Of a stretch of 64,000 bases of DNA, positions 54,601-64,000 are shown one piece after another (the first letter of the stretch is position 1; each line of letters starts with the position of its first letter). Where the stretch lies: the sequence record NC_070936.1; one strand, 5' to 3'. The notes below the pieces were generated by a model, which saw nothing but the letters and a program-made list of their open reading frames with translations, made no database searches and was not told the origin of the DNA. The position numbers and the translations under genes were made by a program.

Positions 54601-56340
54601 TTATGCTGCTTTCTTAGCTTCATTAATGAATGGGATTACAGACTCTTCATAGAAAGAGTTAATCTCAGTCAGTTGAGGCATACCGTAAATGGTATTACAC
54701 AAAGTCACCGCATTAGCAATTGGGGACGAAGCGTAGTTAACACCGACACGACGGAACTCGAAACGATCCAGACCTTCAATTTCACATACTTCCAACTTAG
54801 TTGTTTTGTTGGATACGTTAAGTGAAACTGTAATGTGAGGATATGCGCCCGTTACGTCGATATCATCCGTGTCGCCACGACCACGTGAACGCCATGAAGG
54901 AAGACCAGCATAGATTGGTTTACCTTTATCTTCATTAAGCTCAGCATGGAGCAGAGCGATCCAGTCACGAAGATCTGGCTTGATATCTTTCCAAATATCT
55001 TCTTTCTTACGGCCAACTGTTCCCCAAACATAACCATGTTCCAAAGCAATGAAAGATAACTTATCAGAAATCATTGATGGTTGTGATTGGTATGAACGAA
55101 GTTCAGAAGAAGTAATCAGAGAAGGCAATGACAGAGAGTAGTCATTAGTTACTCGGTTAAGATCTTCAATTACCCAGTTATCTCGAATGTTATACATTGC
55201 GTAGATATAAGGGAATTTCTTCTGCATGAATTTGTGCCATTCGGTAGAACCAGCTTGCAAGTGATCTGCTTCAGGAGTATATAACTTACCTTCTACCCCT
55301 TCAGCTTTAGCCGTGTTCTGTAACGAGTAAGATTCCTTCTTACCACCTGGAGCACGTTTAATCGCATAGAAAGACATCCCATCAAACCACTGCCACTTAG
55401 CAGGTGCCTGAAGAACAGGGAAACGTTCTTGAGGTTCTAGTGGCGATTTGGAACCATCAACCTTAGTTTTAAACTCACGACCTTTAAAATAGAAATAATC
55501 GCGATAAGGTTTAGGAACTTCTGGATCACTATATACGTCGGCTAAATCATAACCTTCATTAGTTAATGAATCTTCATTAGCTTGCATATCAAAGTTTGCG
55601 TTCCAGCTAACGACATAGTCTGGACCGATACGGTGAAATGCTTGAATGTTGTTATAAACAACTTGACCTGGAGTATCATAAAGTTCAAATACAATTTTGA
55701 CCTTATGTTTTTCCATGTACTCTTTCAAGTGTACTTCAGCTGCTTCATTCAGTTTACGCAGAATAGTCGCATCATCTTCCCCAGGGAAGAAGCTACGTAG
55801 GCCAGCCCAATATACTGTATCTCCACAGGTAATGGAAGCCATGTTGACACAACCGGTTGAACCATCATTATTGATATACGTTTCAACGTCGTATGCTGCT
55901 ACTTTATAAGCTTCCTGTGGTTGGTAATCAGGATACTTTTTATAGAAGCGTTCTTTAAAGATAACCGGAACACTTTCCTGACAACCAAATACATAAGGGC
56001 TGTTCTTTAATTCGCCCAGTTGAGCTTTACGATCTGGACGACCATAAAGACATTTACTAATTTGAACTGCCAAACGTGATTCATTAGAGCTATGCTTATC
56101 GCATTTAGCGATTTCAATGTAATCTCGTTTATCCTGGAATGTTTGATATTTCTTTTTGACGATATAGAAGTCTCGTTTAAAGTTTTCAATCTTAACTAAT
56201 CGATCTTCACGAGTACCGTCTTTACGAATGTTGGTTATCTTGGCAGTAAGTAAATCGTTACCGTCCATAAATTTGTTGAACGATAAGTATGCATGTTTAC
56301 AAACACGCCCAACAATTGGATTGTCAGTTTGATCTGTCAT
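54601..56340 (-). CDS. Family B DNA polymerase, N-terminal half with 3'-5' exonuclease and motif A (phiKZ gp82-like)
   Basis: ExoI AYDVET, ExoII SWNANFD, ExoIII YNIRD, motif A DIDVTGAYP near the C-terminus. Confidence 0.88.
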   Translation of the reverse strand: MTDQTDNPIVGRVCKHAYLSFNKFMDGNDLLTAKITNIRKDGTREDRLVKIENFKRDFYIVKKKYQTFQDKRDYIEIAKCDKHSSNESRLAVQISKCLYGRPDRKAQLGELKNSPYVFGCQESVPVIFKERFYKKYPDYQPQEAYKVAAYDVETYINNDGSTGCVNMASITCGDTVYWAGLRSFFPGEDDATILRKLNEAAEVHLKEYMEKHKVKIVFELYDTPGQVVYNNIQAFHRIGPDYVVSWNANFDMQANEDSLTNEGYDLADVYSDPEVPKPYRDYFYFKGREFKTKVDGSKSPLEPQERFPVLQAPAKWQWFDGMSFYAIKRAPGGKKESYSLQNTAKAEGVEGKLYTPEADHLQAGSTEWHKFMQKKFPYIYAMYNIRDNWVIEDLNRVTNDYSLSLPSLITSSELRSYQSQPSMISDKLSFIALEHGYVWGTVGRKKEDIWKDIKPDLRDWIALLHAELNEDKGKPIYAGLPSWRSRGRGDTDDIDVTGAYPHITVSLNVSNKTTKLEVCEIEGLDRFEFRRVGVNYASSPIANAVTLCNTIYGMPQLTEINSFYEESVIPFINEAKKAA

Positions 56341-56428
56341 TTTAATTACCCGAATGTTATGACGTCTTGAGTTGAATTTTCTACATTATTCATCTCGCCC
56401 TTTTAAATTACTCCGGAGTTTTACTCAT

Positions 56429-57772
56429 ATGTTAGGAATCGACTTCCTCCAACCGCCACGGCCGATCACCGTAGCAGGCGTGGAGTTTATGGATTATCAG
56501 GATCCTAAGTGCTACCTTGAATTGGTAGACATCTTTAACAAAACACTTGTCGATGAAGTTGTTGATGAAGCAACTCACGTAACCTTTCAGGGCGGTATTG
56601 AAGCACTGAGAAGTATTGAAGATATTATCTTTAATCAATTCGGCATTAAAGTAAGTTTACACGCACCTTCAGACAGAACGGGTAACGTTGCTGTTGAATC
56701 TGGTTGGTTCTCTCCTAACCATGTATTCAACAATAAAGGTCTGGATGGTGTACTGAAATCTTCAGATAGTAATATTGGTCGTGCATTCCGTCGTCTTAAA
56801 ACCGACGTACTTCGTGGATGGGTCGATACCTCTAAAGGTAAAGTCGGTGGGGACTATAGTAAAATAGAATTCCCGATGTACATTGGTCGCTATATCGATT
56901 CCTTCTTAAAAGCTGGTATGCTTGCTCGATACAATATTACCATGAGTGAAGCACTTGCCTCTTTCATTCTGCATGAAGTAGGTCATATCTTCACTTCCTT
57001 CCTGTTCATTACCCGGAACATTATCGACACCATCATGCCGACAATTGCTGCCCGCATGATCACCGAAGGTAATATCTACGGTAAAGAGCGTTCTGCTATT
57101 GTTCATCAAACACTGACCGAACTTGAATGTTCTACCAGACCTACTGTTGAAGAACTCGACAGAATGGGTGGCCAGGAAATTATCGTGATGTTTGATAAAG
57201 CTATCAATACACGCGATCAACGCCGTACTCTTTCTTTAGGTGCCACTGACCGTGGTGCAGAGATTTATGCTGACCTCTTTGCTGTGCGTTGCGGTGTTCC
57301 AAAAGCATTGGTTGCTGCATTGATTAGTTCTGATGCAGGTGACTTCCTGAAAAGACTGAGTACCACAGCTGTTGGGGTTACTGTTCTTACTGCTATGGCG
57401 GCTATGCCAATTCTGGCTGGTATGTCTGCAGCTATCGGTGTATTCTCAGGTTTGCTGAACGTCCATATGTTACTTAACCCTAACGATCTGTATGATTCCC
57501 CATACCGTCGTGTTAAGAACCTGTTACGCGATCAGATCATCAGACTTAATACTGATAAGTCTTTAGACAATCGTACTAAAGCCCAAATGCTCAAAGATAC
57601 AAAAGAACTTGAGCAAATGGTCTCTGAAGCAAAACCTTTCTTTGAAGGTACTGCTGTTCAACGTCTGATCGGTTGGATTTTCTCCGGTAGTGATTTCAAA
57701 GCTTCTGAGTTTGAGCATTACACTGATGAATTAGTTGCCCATTCTCTGTCTGTTTATAAAGATGCCTTTTAA
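56429..57772 (+). CDS. Virion head protein (phiKZ gp83/84-like) with HExxH zincin-like motif
   Basis: ggag RBS; AGVE|F protease-type site; ILHEVGH...AEIYADLFA; hydrophobic helices. Confidence 0.65.
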   Translation: MLGIDFLQPPRPITVAGVEFMDYQDPKCYLELVDIFNKTLVDEVVDEATHVTFQGGIEALRSIEDIIFNQFGIKVSLHAPSDRTGNVAVESGWFSPNHVFNNKGLDGVLKSSDSNIGRAFRRLKTDVLRGWVDTSKGKVGGDYSKIEFPMYIGRYIDSFLKAGMLARYNITMSEALASFILHEVGHIFTSFLFITRNIIDTIMPTIAARMITEGNIYGKERSAIVHQTLTELECSTRPTVEELDRMGGQEIIVMFDKAINTRDQRRTLSLGATDRGAEIYADLFAVRCGVPKALVAALISSDAGDFLKRLSTTAVGVTVLTAMAAMPILAGMSAAIGVFSGLLNVHMLLNPNDLYDSPYRRVKNLLRDQIIRLNTDKSLDNRTKAQMLKDTKELEQMVSEAKPFFEGTAVQRLIGWIFSGSDFKASEFEHYTDELVAHSLSVYKDAF

Positions 57773-57781
57773 GGATTTAAC

Positions 57782-58216
57782 ATGAGCCATTTAGCCCATA
57801 TCGTAAAACTGAAACAAAACCTGATTGCAGAAGGTGTGACCAATCCAGAAATTCAGATTGCCATTGCACGTACTGCTTACGTTAAAGCTCTGATCACTGT
57901 CAATACTGCTAATAAACTGGATGAAGAAAAATGCATCGAGTTTAACCGCTATGTATTGAGCTACTGGAATGAGACAACTCCGGTAAACGGTCTCCTGGTT
58001 ATGAAAACTATTGGTGACTTCTTCCGTAACCTGGAAAACTTCCTGGAACACACTTTCACTGATTGTGTGTTGAACATTCAGATCGTTCCTTATGTAGAGA
58101 ACCCAGCTGACCTGGAGTATACCAAACTGGAAACTTATCAGTCTCTGGTACAGCAGTTGGTTGATGAAGCTAACTACAAGCTTCCTCAGTTCATGGAAAC
58201 CGAGCAGATCGTCTAA
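57782..58216 (+). CDS. Probable small virion protein
   Basis: aagga RBS; within the head-protein operon. Confidence 0.65.
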   Translation: MSHLAHIVKLKQNLIAEGVTNPEIQIAIARTAYVKALITVNTANKLDEEKCIEFNRYVLSYWNETTPVNGLLVMKTIGDFFRNLENFLEHTFTDCVLNIQIVPYVENPADLEYTKLETYQSLVQQLVDEANYKLPQFMETEQIV

Positions 58217-58230
58217 TATAAGGAATCATC

Positions 58231-59811
58231 ATGTCTGAAGTTAAACAAGTTAAAGATGATGATTCTGTTGAGCTGGGGACTGTTCTCCAGCTTGCTCCAC
58301 ATACTCCGACTAATAAAGTAGACTCTATTACTCGTGGTAAAGATGGTGAAGAATACATCTCTCTGGATGACGTTTATTCTACTACTGGTCAGGAGTCTTT
58401 CCAGCAAGTAGTTGATAACTGCCGTGCATACATCAAAAACAAACGACTGCACCGTTCAGGGTTTGAAGCTCTCCGTATTTCTGGTGTTGAAGGCTTAGTC
58501 CCAGGTTACGATCGCCTTAATGCCATTCGTGGTGGTGAATCATTTATTGATAGTCTGAAGAAAGGTTTTGTCACTATCATTAAAGCGGTTAAGCGTTTCT
58601 GTCTTGCTGTTATCGATTGGATCATTCTCCGTATCCGTACTCTTCTTGGGTTTGAGAAGACCGAGAAAGAATTAGCTATCGTAGCTGAGTACTCTGATTC
58701 AGTGAAAGCTAAGATCGGTAAACTGTTGGCACTGATGGCCAATGAAGATGGTGTCTCTCTTGACGTTAATGAACTGTTCTCTGGGTTACCTGATAACGTA
58801 AGTAACCAAGATGCTTTCACCATCATTCAGCACAAGAACCGTAATGCCTTAGAACAATCTCAAGCTTTAGTTGGTCTAACTAAAGATCTGGATAAAGCAG
58901 AAGAGATTATTCTGGCAGCTGGCCAGCGTGCTCGTAGTTCTGCTAGCCGTTATCAAATGGCTACTCGTAAACTCGAACAAGCCTTCAAGAACAAAGACAG
59001 CTTTAACGAGTCTGACATTCTTGAATATCGCCATGCCCTGGATCGTGAGATTCTGGAAGAGTTGGATGCGAAACCTCTGACTGACATGGTTAGTGATATT
59101 GTCAGTAAAGCATGGGGTATTGACCTCGGTGATATCGGTATTGAAAGTAACTTTAAGGCAAGCATGGAGAAAAACCGTGAAGCCATCCAAGCTACTGTCA
59201 AAGTCCGACTGAATGAAGAGTTCTACGAAGAGTATCGGAAGATCTCTAGTCAGCTCTCTAGAGTTCTGATGAGTGCTTCTAAACGTCGTTATGATGCTAA
59301 TCAGTTAGCTAATCTGAAATCTCTCATTGAAGTTAAAGATGCTGAACTGATTCAGGCTATTGATGCGTTTGCACCAGGGTCAGGTATTCTTACTGCTACC
59401 TATTCCACTTATTCTGGTTTGATCACTCGTTACATCAGTCAGCTTGAATATCTGGTTACACTAGTTTCTCAGATTCGTCGTTCTATTGCAGGTATCGTCA
59501 ACTGGTCTAATAAAGTTGATAAACTGATGTTGGCTTATATTAGTCGCGATATCAAAAATATCCTGGAAACTGAATCAGAGGTTCTCCCTCCAGCAGGTAT
59601 TGATGCTGTTCGTGCTGAAGATAGTGGTGAACGTAAACGTTCAACTCTGGATATCGATTATGATGCTTTGTTCATTAACAAGCATCCTAAACTCTCAGGT
59701 ATTCTGGAAGCATGGCGTGGTCAGACAATGAACTTCCGTAAGAAGAACATTGGGATCATCAATACCATCAACGAAGAACTGAAAAAGATCGGTATCACAA
59801 GAGGCATTTAA
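58231..59811 (+). CDS. Inner head/ejection protein with cleavable propeptide (phiKZ gp86-like)
   Basis: Acidic N-terminus with GQE|S, GVE|G, GGE|S sites, then SFIDSLKKGFVTIIKAVKRF..IDWI amphipathic helix. Confidence 0.7.
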   Translation: MSEVKQVKDDDSVELGTVLQLAPHTPTNKVDSITRGKDGEEYISLDDVYSTTGQESFQQVVDNCRAYIKNKRLHRSGFEALRISGVEGLVPGYDRLNAIRGGESFIDSLKKGFVTIIKAVKRFCLAVIDWIILRIRTLLGFEKTEKELAIVAEYSDSVKAKIGKLLALMANEDGVSLDVNELFSGLPDNVSNQDAFTIIQHKNRNALEQSQALVGLTKDLDKAEEIILAAGQRARSSASRYQMATRKLEQAFKNKDSFNESDILEYRHALDREILEELDAKPLTDMVSDIVSKAWGIDLGDIGIESNFKASMEKNREAIQATVKVRLNEEFYEEYRKISSQLSRVLMSASKRRYDANQLANLKSLIEVKDAELIQAIDAFAPGSGILTATYSTYSGLITRYISQLEYLVTLVSQIRRSIAGIVNWSNKVDKLMLAYISRDIKNILETESEVLPPAGIDAVRAEDSGERKRSTLDIDYDALFINKHPKLSGILEAWRGQTMNFRKKNIGIINTINEELKKIGITRGI

Positions 59812-59812
59812 A

Positions 59813-60466
59813 ATGCAGAAAGAAGAAATTATTGCGCTTCTTGACCAACTGTATCTCGACCAAGAGAAATATAATAAATTCACTGATTATGTAAGTGACT
59901 TTGTTTCTCAACCACGTTGTAAGAAAGGGATCATCTCCTTCATTGAAGATATCTTTAACTTACCTGAGATCGCTGGCAAGAACCAACTCGCTATTCAATT
60001 GTTGTCTTCCAAGACTACTGGTAACTCCTTAAAAGCAGCTGACTTTATTTTCAGTCATCCTGTTACTAAGGGATATAATAAAGCATTGGTTGATGCTCGT
60101 TTAATGATCATGACCAAGATCGCTGAATATATCCTGGAGATGTCGAAACGTATTCAGGAGACGACTCTCGAAGATCGCCCAGAGCGTCAGGTGTATCTAC
60201 GCCGTGCAGTTGCACGTCTGATCACTGCTACCAGTTATAGTCTGCAGACTTCGATTACTGCTGAACAGTGGGCTGAAGTTGAACCATACAAATGGACCAA
60301 CTACCTTACCACCACACTGGAAGAATTAACCGACGCTATTAAAAATGAAAAGCGTATTGTTGAATGGTCCGACACCACCTATGCTGGTATGGAACTTGAC
60401 AACCTTCACGTTATTCGTTCACTTAGCTCGTATCTGGATTACCTGGAAACCTTCTTAGTGTTCTAA
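59813..60466 (+). CDS. Hypothetical protein
   Basis: gagg RBS, coupled to previous gene. Confidence 0.7.
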   Translation: MQKEEIIALLDQLYLDQEKYNKFTDYVSDFVSQPRCKKGIISFIEDIFNLPEIAGKNQLAIQLLSSKTTGNSLKAADFIFSHPVTKGYNKALVDARLMIMTKIAEYILEMSKRIQETTLEDRPERQVYLRRAVARLITATSYSLQTSITAEQWAEVEPYKWTNYLTTTLEELTDAIKNEKRIVEWSDTTYAGMELDNLHVIRSLSSYLDYLETFLVF

Positions 60467-60471
60467 ACAAA

Positions 60472-60512
60472 CATACTCCCTACCCTTCCTTACGGAGGGG
60501 TAGGGGGATATG
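60472..60512. terminator. Bidirectional hairpin between convergent genes
   Basis: catactccctacccttcc-ttac-ggaggggtagggggatatg. Confidence 0.75.
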
Positions 60513-60513
60513 A

Positions 60514-63501
60514 TTAGTTCATGTTTTCAGGCATGTGACGTTTGAACTGAATATCGATATCTTCTTTAATAGAGAGATAACGGTCAGCAGTTTGGTCAAT
60601 AACTTTACGTACAGAGAAACCGTTAGTGGTATCAACGTTAGTGATAATATCAATTGGGGAAGTACCCGCAGAAGAAGTTACTTTAACATCAATAACATCA
60701 CTACCACCTGCAGTCTTAAGTTCAGTAATAGCTTCACTGACACTAACTGTATCATTACGCAGTATAGTGTTAAGAATGCGATGAGTTGCAATAACCAGGT
60801 TATCTTTAAGGTTCTGGTTACGCAGACCTTCTCTGGTAAGCGAGTATACAACAGTAAATGACAGATCCGTTTTGAGCATACGTTCGATTGCTTCGTTGAT
60901 AACGCAACGAGTATAACCCATAGTAGAACGTGGTTTGAATACTAGACGAGTTTCATCCAAGGTAATCTTGTTGAATTCATCCAACTGAGAGATGACTTCA
61001 TCAACAAAGAAGTCATCAATACGGTCCATGTAGTCAGTATCGTATTCATCCTGAGAAACCATGTAGTTAAAGTCGAAACCGATGAAGTCGAAGTAATACA
61101 ACATCTTGCGTGGTTCCAACATGACAGGGTTACCCAAGTCATCATAAACTGTTTGACCCTTAGTAAACTTCCATACCGGTTTGCCATCAGGAGTGAAGCG
61201 TTGTTCACCTTTCTTATGGAGAATGATTGGAAGATTAGTTTTAGGATCAATAACCAATTGCTGCATTGGTTTGCCGTTCACAATCACAGTTTCATACTTG
61301 TATTCTGTTTCTTCATATACAGAAGGAACGTTGGTAGTATATTTCTTATACTGAGCCAAACCAGTGATTGGACGAATACGAGTATAAAGAGATTTCAACT
61401 GACGTCCAAATTCAAGCACGTAATCAGTTTCAATCATGGAGATCGTTGTTGACTTAAACAGAGACTGATCGATCTTCATATCAGAAGCTGATTTCAGCTC
61501 TAAGTTTTTACCGCTATAAGTAAAGATAAAGTTAGCAGTAGTTCCCAGATCAACATAGGTCTTTTCTTGTTCACGACCAAACTGGTTAAATCCACCCAGA
61601 TCAATCTGATCGTTGGAGTCGACATCAAACCGAGTAGGCAATGTGAATTTAAAGATACGTTCACCGTCTTTTGTTTTGCCCATGTATTGCGCACGGGTAG
61701 TTGCTGGTGACGTTGTACCGGTTGGTGTCAAGCTAAGCTGAATACCCAATTGGTTATCTGGGATATTCTTATACGCATCACTAGACTGGGTTCTGATTTC
61801 AATCTCGTAAGCCGTATCAGTGGCTTTAACATTAATAGCACCCACCCCTACCTGAACACCCAAATTAACGTTTTCAAAACGGAAGGTCTGATAACGAATG
61901 TTAGGTTTAGACAGTCGATAGATGCGACAAGCCACTCGATCCTGAGTTGTGTCGATAACATATGCAAATGGGTTATAACACATTGTCTTATTTGCCAAGG
62001 CGTCGATCTTACCTTGGTTAGACATATTCATTAATGTATTATAATCATTCTTAACAACCAGGAATGGTGTTTGGTTAGTGATATCAAAAACAGAACGCGC
62101 TAACAAAGTCACACGTTTACCGTTATCAATACCCCAGCCAGTACCAATCATATTTTCAAGAGAGGTAGTTAAAGAACCCACATGTGTGCCGATAGAACTG
62201 TTAAAGCGAGCTACTGTATCATCCTGGTACAGTTTATCATCTTGCAGAGGTAAGTTCTTGGTAACGCGATACAGACGACTAGTGACCTGGTCAATTGACT
62301 TAACAGACGAATAACCATTTTCCAGCAAGAACTGGGAAACGTCAGAGTTACTCACTGGAATCAAACGACGACGGTGACCATAGATCTGTTGTTCCTTCAA
62401 TTGCGCAAATGGCATTGAGTTACGACCACCGGTAATAGGTTCAAGCGAATCAATCAACACATCGTTAATAGAACGGAATGGAGCTTCATACTGATTCAGC
62501 TTACCTTTATCGTTATTGTAGTTGTAATACTCGGCACTATGGTACTGAGCTTTCAACGTAGTCAAGTCACGATAGTATTGACCTTTGGTGGTATAAACCA
62601 AAATGGTAATACGACCAATACCGGTCCCATTCTGAACATACACGGATGGAAGAGAAGCAACAAAGCTACCCGTACCCAAATCAGTGGTACCGTTAGTATC
62701 CTGCAGATCAATGGTCAGTGTTGGTTGAATAGGATCATAAATATCGTTATTGAATACGACAGCCATTTCATTGCGAATGTTAGTTCCTTCAGGTGTTATA
62801 AAGGCACGTACCGCATAAAGGCTATCTGAGAACTGAACTTGTTCACGGAAACCAGAAGACTGGTTGACCGGGCGGTTAGGTAGTTCAGTAATTTCCAATT
62901 GACGGAGAGGCAGATGAATAGAGAGATATTGACGACGATCAATATTCAAGTAATCAACATCTGGTGTATTGGAGCTTAAAGGGTTCAAAGGAGATTGGCG
63001 AGCAACGTCATAAACAACCTGATATCCACCATGATCCATTACTCGAATCTCAACCGGGTTTTCCAGCAAGAAAGGAATGTCTGCAATAGTGAAGCGAGTA
63101 TCACCTGGGATAACTAATTTACGATAAGAGTTATCAAGATTACCACTTGGTTCATTAAAGCGAACTGAATAACGATCCAGTGATTCTTCACTAATAATGA
63201 AACGAATTGCCGTTTGAGATGGATCAGCAAATACACCATACCAATCTTCATCCGACATTACCTGAGCAAGGTCAGAAATGTTTCTGGCATGTACTGCATA
63301 ACTTCTTGCTTCAGAATCACCCAGTCTCGAAATGAAACCAAAGTTAGTTCCAACTACCAGATCGACCATATAGCTAAATGGATGACCTGAACCATTAAGA
63401 GTACCAAAACCCTGATCGAACGATGCTTCAATATCGTTAAAGATAGTTGAGATTGCACGAGCAGGGTTATTGGCTGTACGATTTAACTCATCGAAATCCA
63501 T
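60514..63501 (-). CDS. Baseplate wedge protein (phiKZ gp87-like, T4 gp6-related)
   Basis: 995 aa; LVIPGDTRF, ITGGRN..PFAQLK..IY baseplate-J/gp6-like motifs; synteny. Confidence 0.75.
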   Translation of the reverse strand: MDFDELNRTANNPARAISTIFNDIEASFDQGFGTLNGSGHPFSYMVDLVVGTNFGFISRLGDSEARSYAVHARNISDLAQVMSDEDWYGVFADPSQTAIRFIISEESLDRYSVRFNEPSGNLDNSYRKLVIPGDTRFTIADIPFLLENPVEIRVMDHGGYQVVYDVARQSPLNPLSSNTPDVDYLNIDRRQYLSIHLPLRQLEITELPNRPVNQSSGFREQVQFSDSLYAVRAFITPEGTNIRNEMAVVFNNDIYDPIQPTLTIDLQDTNGTTDLGTGSFVASLPSVYVQNGTGIGRITILVYTTKGQYYRDLTTLKAQYHSAEYYNYNNDKGKLNQYEAPFRSINDVLIDSLEPITGGRNSMPFAQLKEQQIYGHRRRLIPVSNSDVSQFLLENGYSSVKSIDQVTSRLYRVTKNLPLQDDKLYQDDTVARFNSSIGTHVGSLTTSLENMIGTGWGIDNGKRVTLLARSVFDITNQTPFLVVKNDYNTLMNMSNQGKIDALANKTMCYNPFAYVIDTTQDRVACRIYRLSKPNIRYQTFRFENVNLGVQVGVGAINVKATDTAYEIEIRTQSSDAYKNIPDNQLGIQLSLTPTGTTSPATTRAQYMGKTKDGERIFKFTLPTRFDVDSNDQIDLGGFNQFGREQEKTYVDLGTTANFIFTYSGKNLELKSASDMKIDQSLFKSTTISMIETDYVLEFGRQLKSLYTRIRPITGLAQYKKYTTNVPSVYEETEYKYETVIVNGKPMQQLVIDPKTNLPIILHKKGEQRFTPDGKPVWKFTKGQTVYDDLGNPVMLEPRKMLYYFDFIGFDFNYMVSQDEYDTDYMDRIDDFFVDEVISQLDEFNKITLDETRLVFKPRSTMGYTRCVINEAIERMLKTDLSFTVVYSLTREGLRNQNLKDNLVIATHRILNTILRNDTVSVSEAITELKTAGGSDVIDVKVTSSAGTSPIDIITNVDTTNGFSVRKVIDQTADRYLSIKEDIDIQFKRHMPENMN

Positions 63502-63509
63502 AATTTACC

Positions 63510-64000
63510 TTACGCTGTTTTAGGGACCCACCAGGTCAGCTTGATACCAGTACGTAGTGCAGTCCTACCACCTTCACCCTTTACTTCACCTTGGCGTGGG
63601 AGTAATAAAGGATAAGCTCCATAGTTGTAGGGGATGTACTCCTTGGCATTCAGCTCACGGAAATACGTATTTCGCATTTCTGGTCTGAGTCTTGGGTTAT
63701 ACATAAATGAATGTTCATTGAAGGACTGGATTAGTCCCCACTCATCAAATCTCATACCCACTGAAGCGAACTGGATGGTAAAGTCATCCTGACCTTCACC
63801 ACGCAAAGTGTTGGAGGTATTATCGATATCAGCAATGGAACCTGCTGGATAAGTAACAGGTATGGATTGAACGGTGGCAAAGATATGTTCCAGATACTCA
63901 GTATCTTTGTTCATTATCAAGTGATAGATACGACAGTCATAATCTATACGGTTAGACATTAAGTACCAATCTCTAGGTGTTACTTGCCGGTCACCAGAAA
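63510..64000 (-). CDS. Structural protein (phiKZ gp88-like), 5' end outside the window
   Basis: Frame stays open from ATG 63959 to the window edge (SGDRQVTPRDWYLMSNRIDY...); DYDCRIY and F..VG...DE tail-tube-like motifs. Confidence 0.65.
   Translation of the reverse strand, partial: SGDRQVTPRDWYLMSNRIDYDCRIYHLIMNKDTEYLEHIFATVQSIPVTYPAGSIADIDNTSNTLRGEGQDDFTIQFASVGMRFDEWGLIQSFNEHSFMYNPRLRPEMRNTYFRELNAKEYIPYNYGAYPLLLPRQGEVKGEGGRTALRTGIKLTWWVPKTA

Noticed and set aside
1-64000. CRISPR array, tRNA, rRNA, integrase/transposase or group I/II intron
   Set aside because: No regularly spaced direct repeats, no cloverleaf with T-loop/CCA, no recombinase motifs, and RNAP/polymerase ORFs are continuous.

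Overview
A 64 kb fragment of a nucleus-forming, phiKZ-related jumbo phage (Chimalliviridae). It is about 40% GC by eye, and its codon usage (CTG/CGT/GGT in highly expressed genes) is compatible with an enterobacterial host. Positions 1-14 kb are an accessory block of short hypothetical genes, several of them paralogous or membrane-anchored. Positions 14-47 kb hold the conserved nucleus/replication block: PhuZ tubulin, family-B DNA polymerase half, chimallin, four non-virion RNAP subunits, SbcD-like nuclease, ChmC, PicA and an SF2 helicase. Positions 47-64 kb hold a virion RNAP subunit, the second DNA polymerase half, and head and baseplate proteins. phiKZ gene-number assignments come from recognised motifs plus recalled synteny, not database searches. 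Best leads: (1) a translationally coupled Tad1-Acb1 anti-defence cassette plus a small membrane ORF inside the core block; (2) a candidate programmed -1 frameshift (T TTT TTC, 52000-52006) fusing a T4 gp26-like protein to the next ORF; (3) a structured non-coding element present twice 45 kb apart, built from C(GNA/GNNA)G mini-hairpins; (4) a free-standing HNH nuclease with a palindrome over its promoter. No tRNA, rRNA or CRISPR array was seen.
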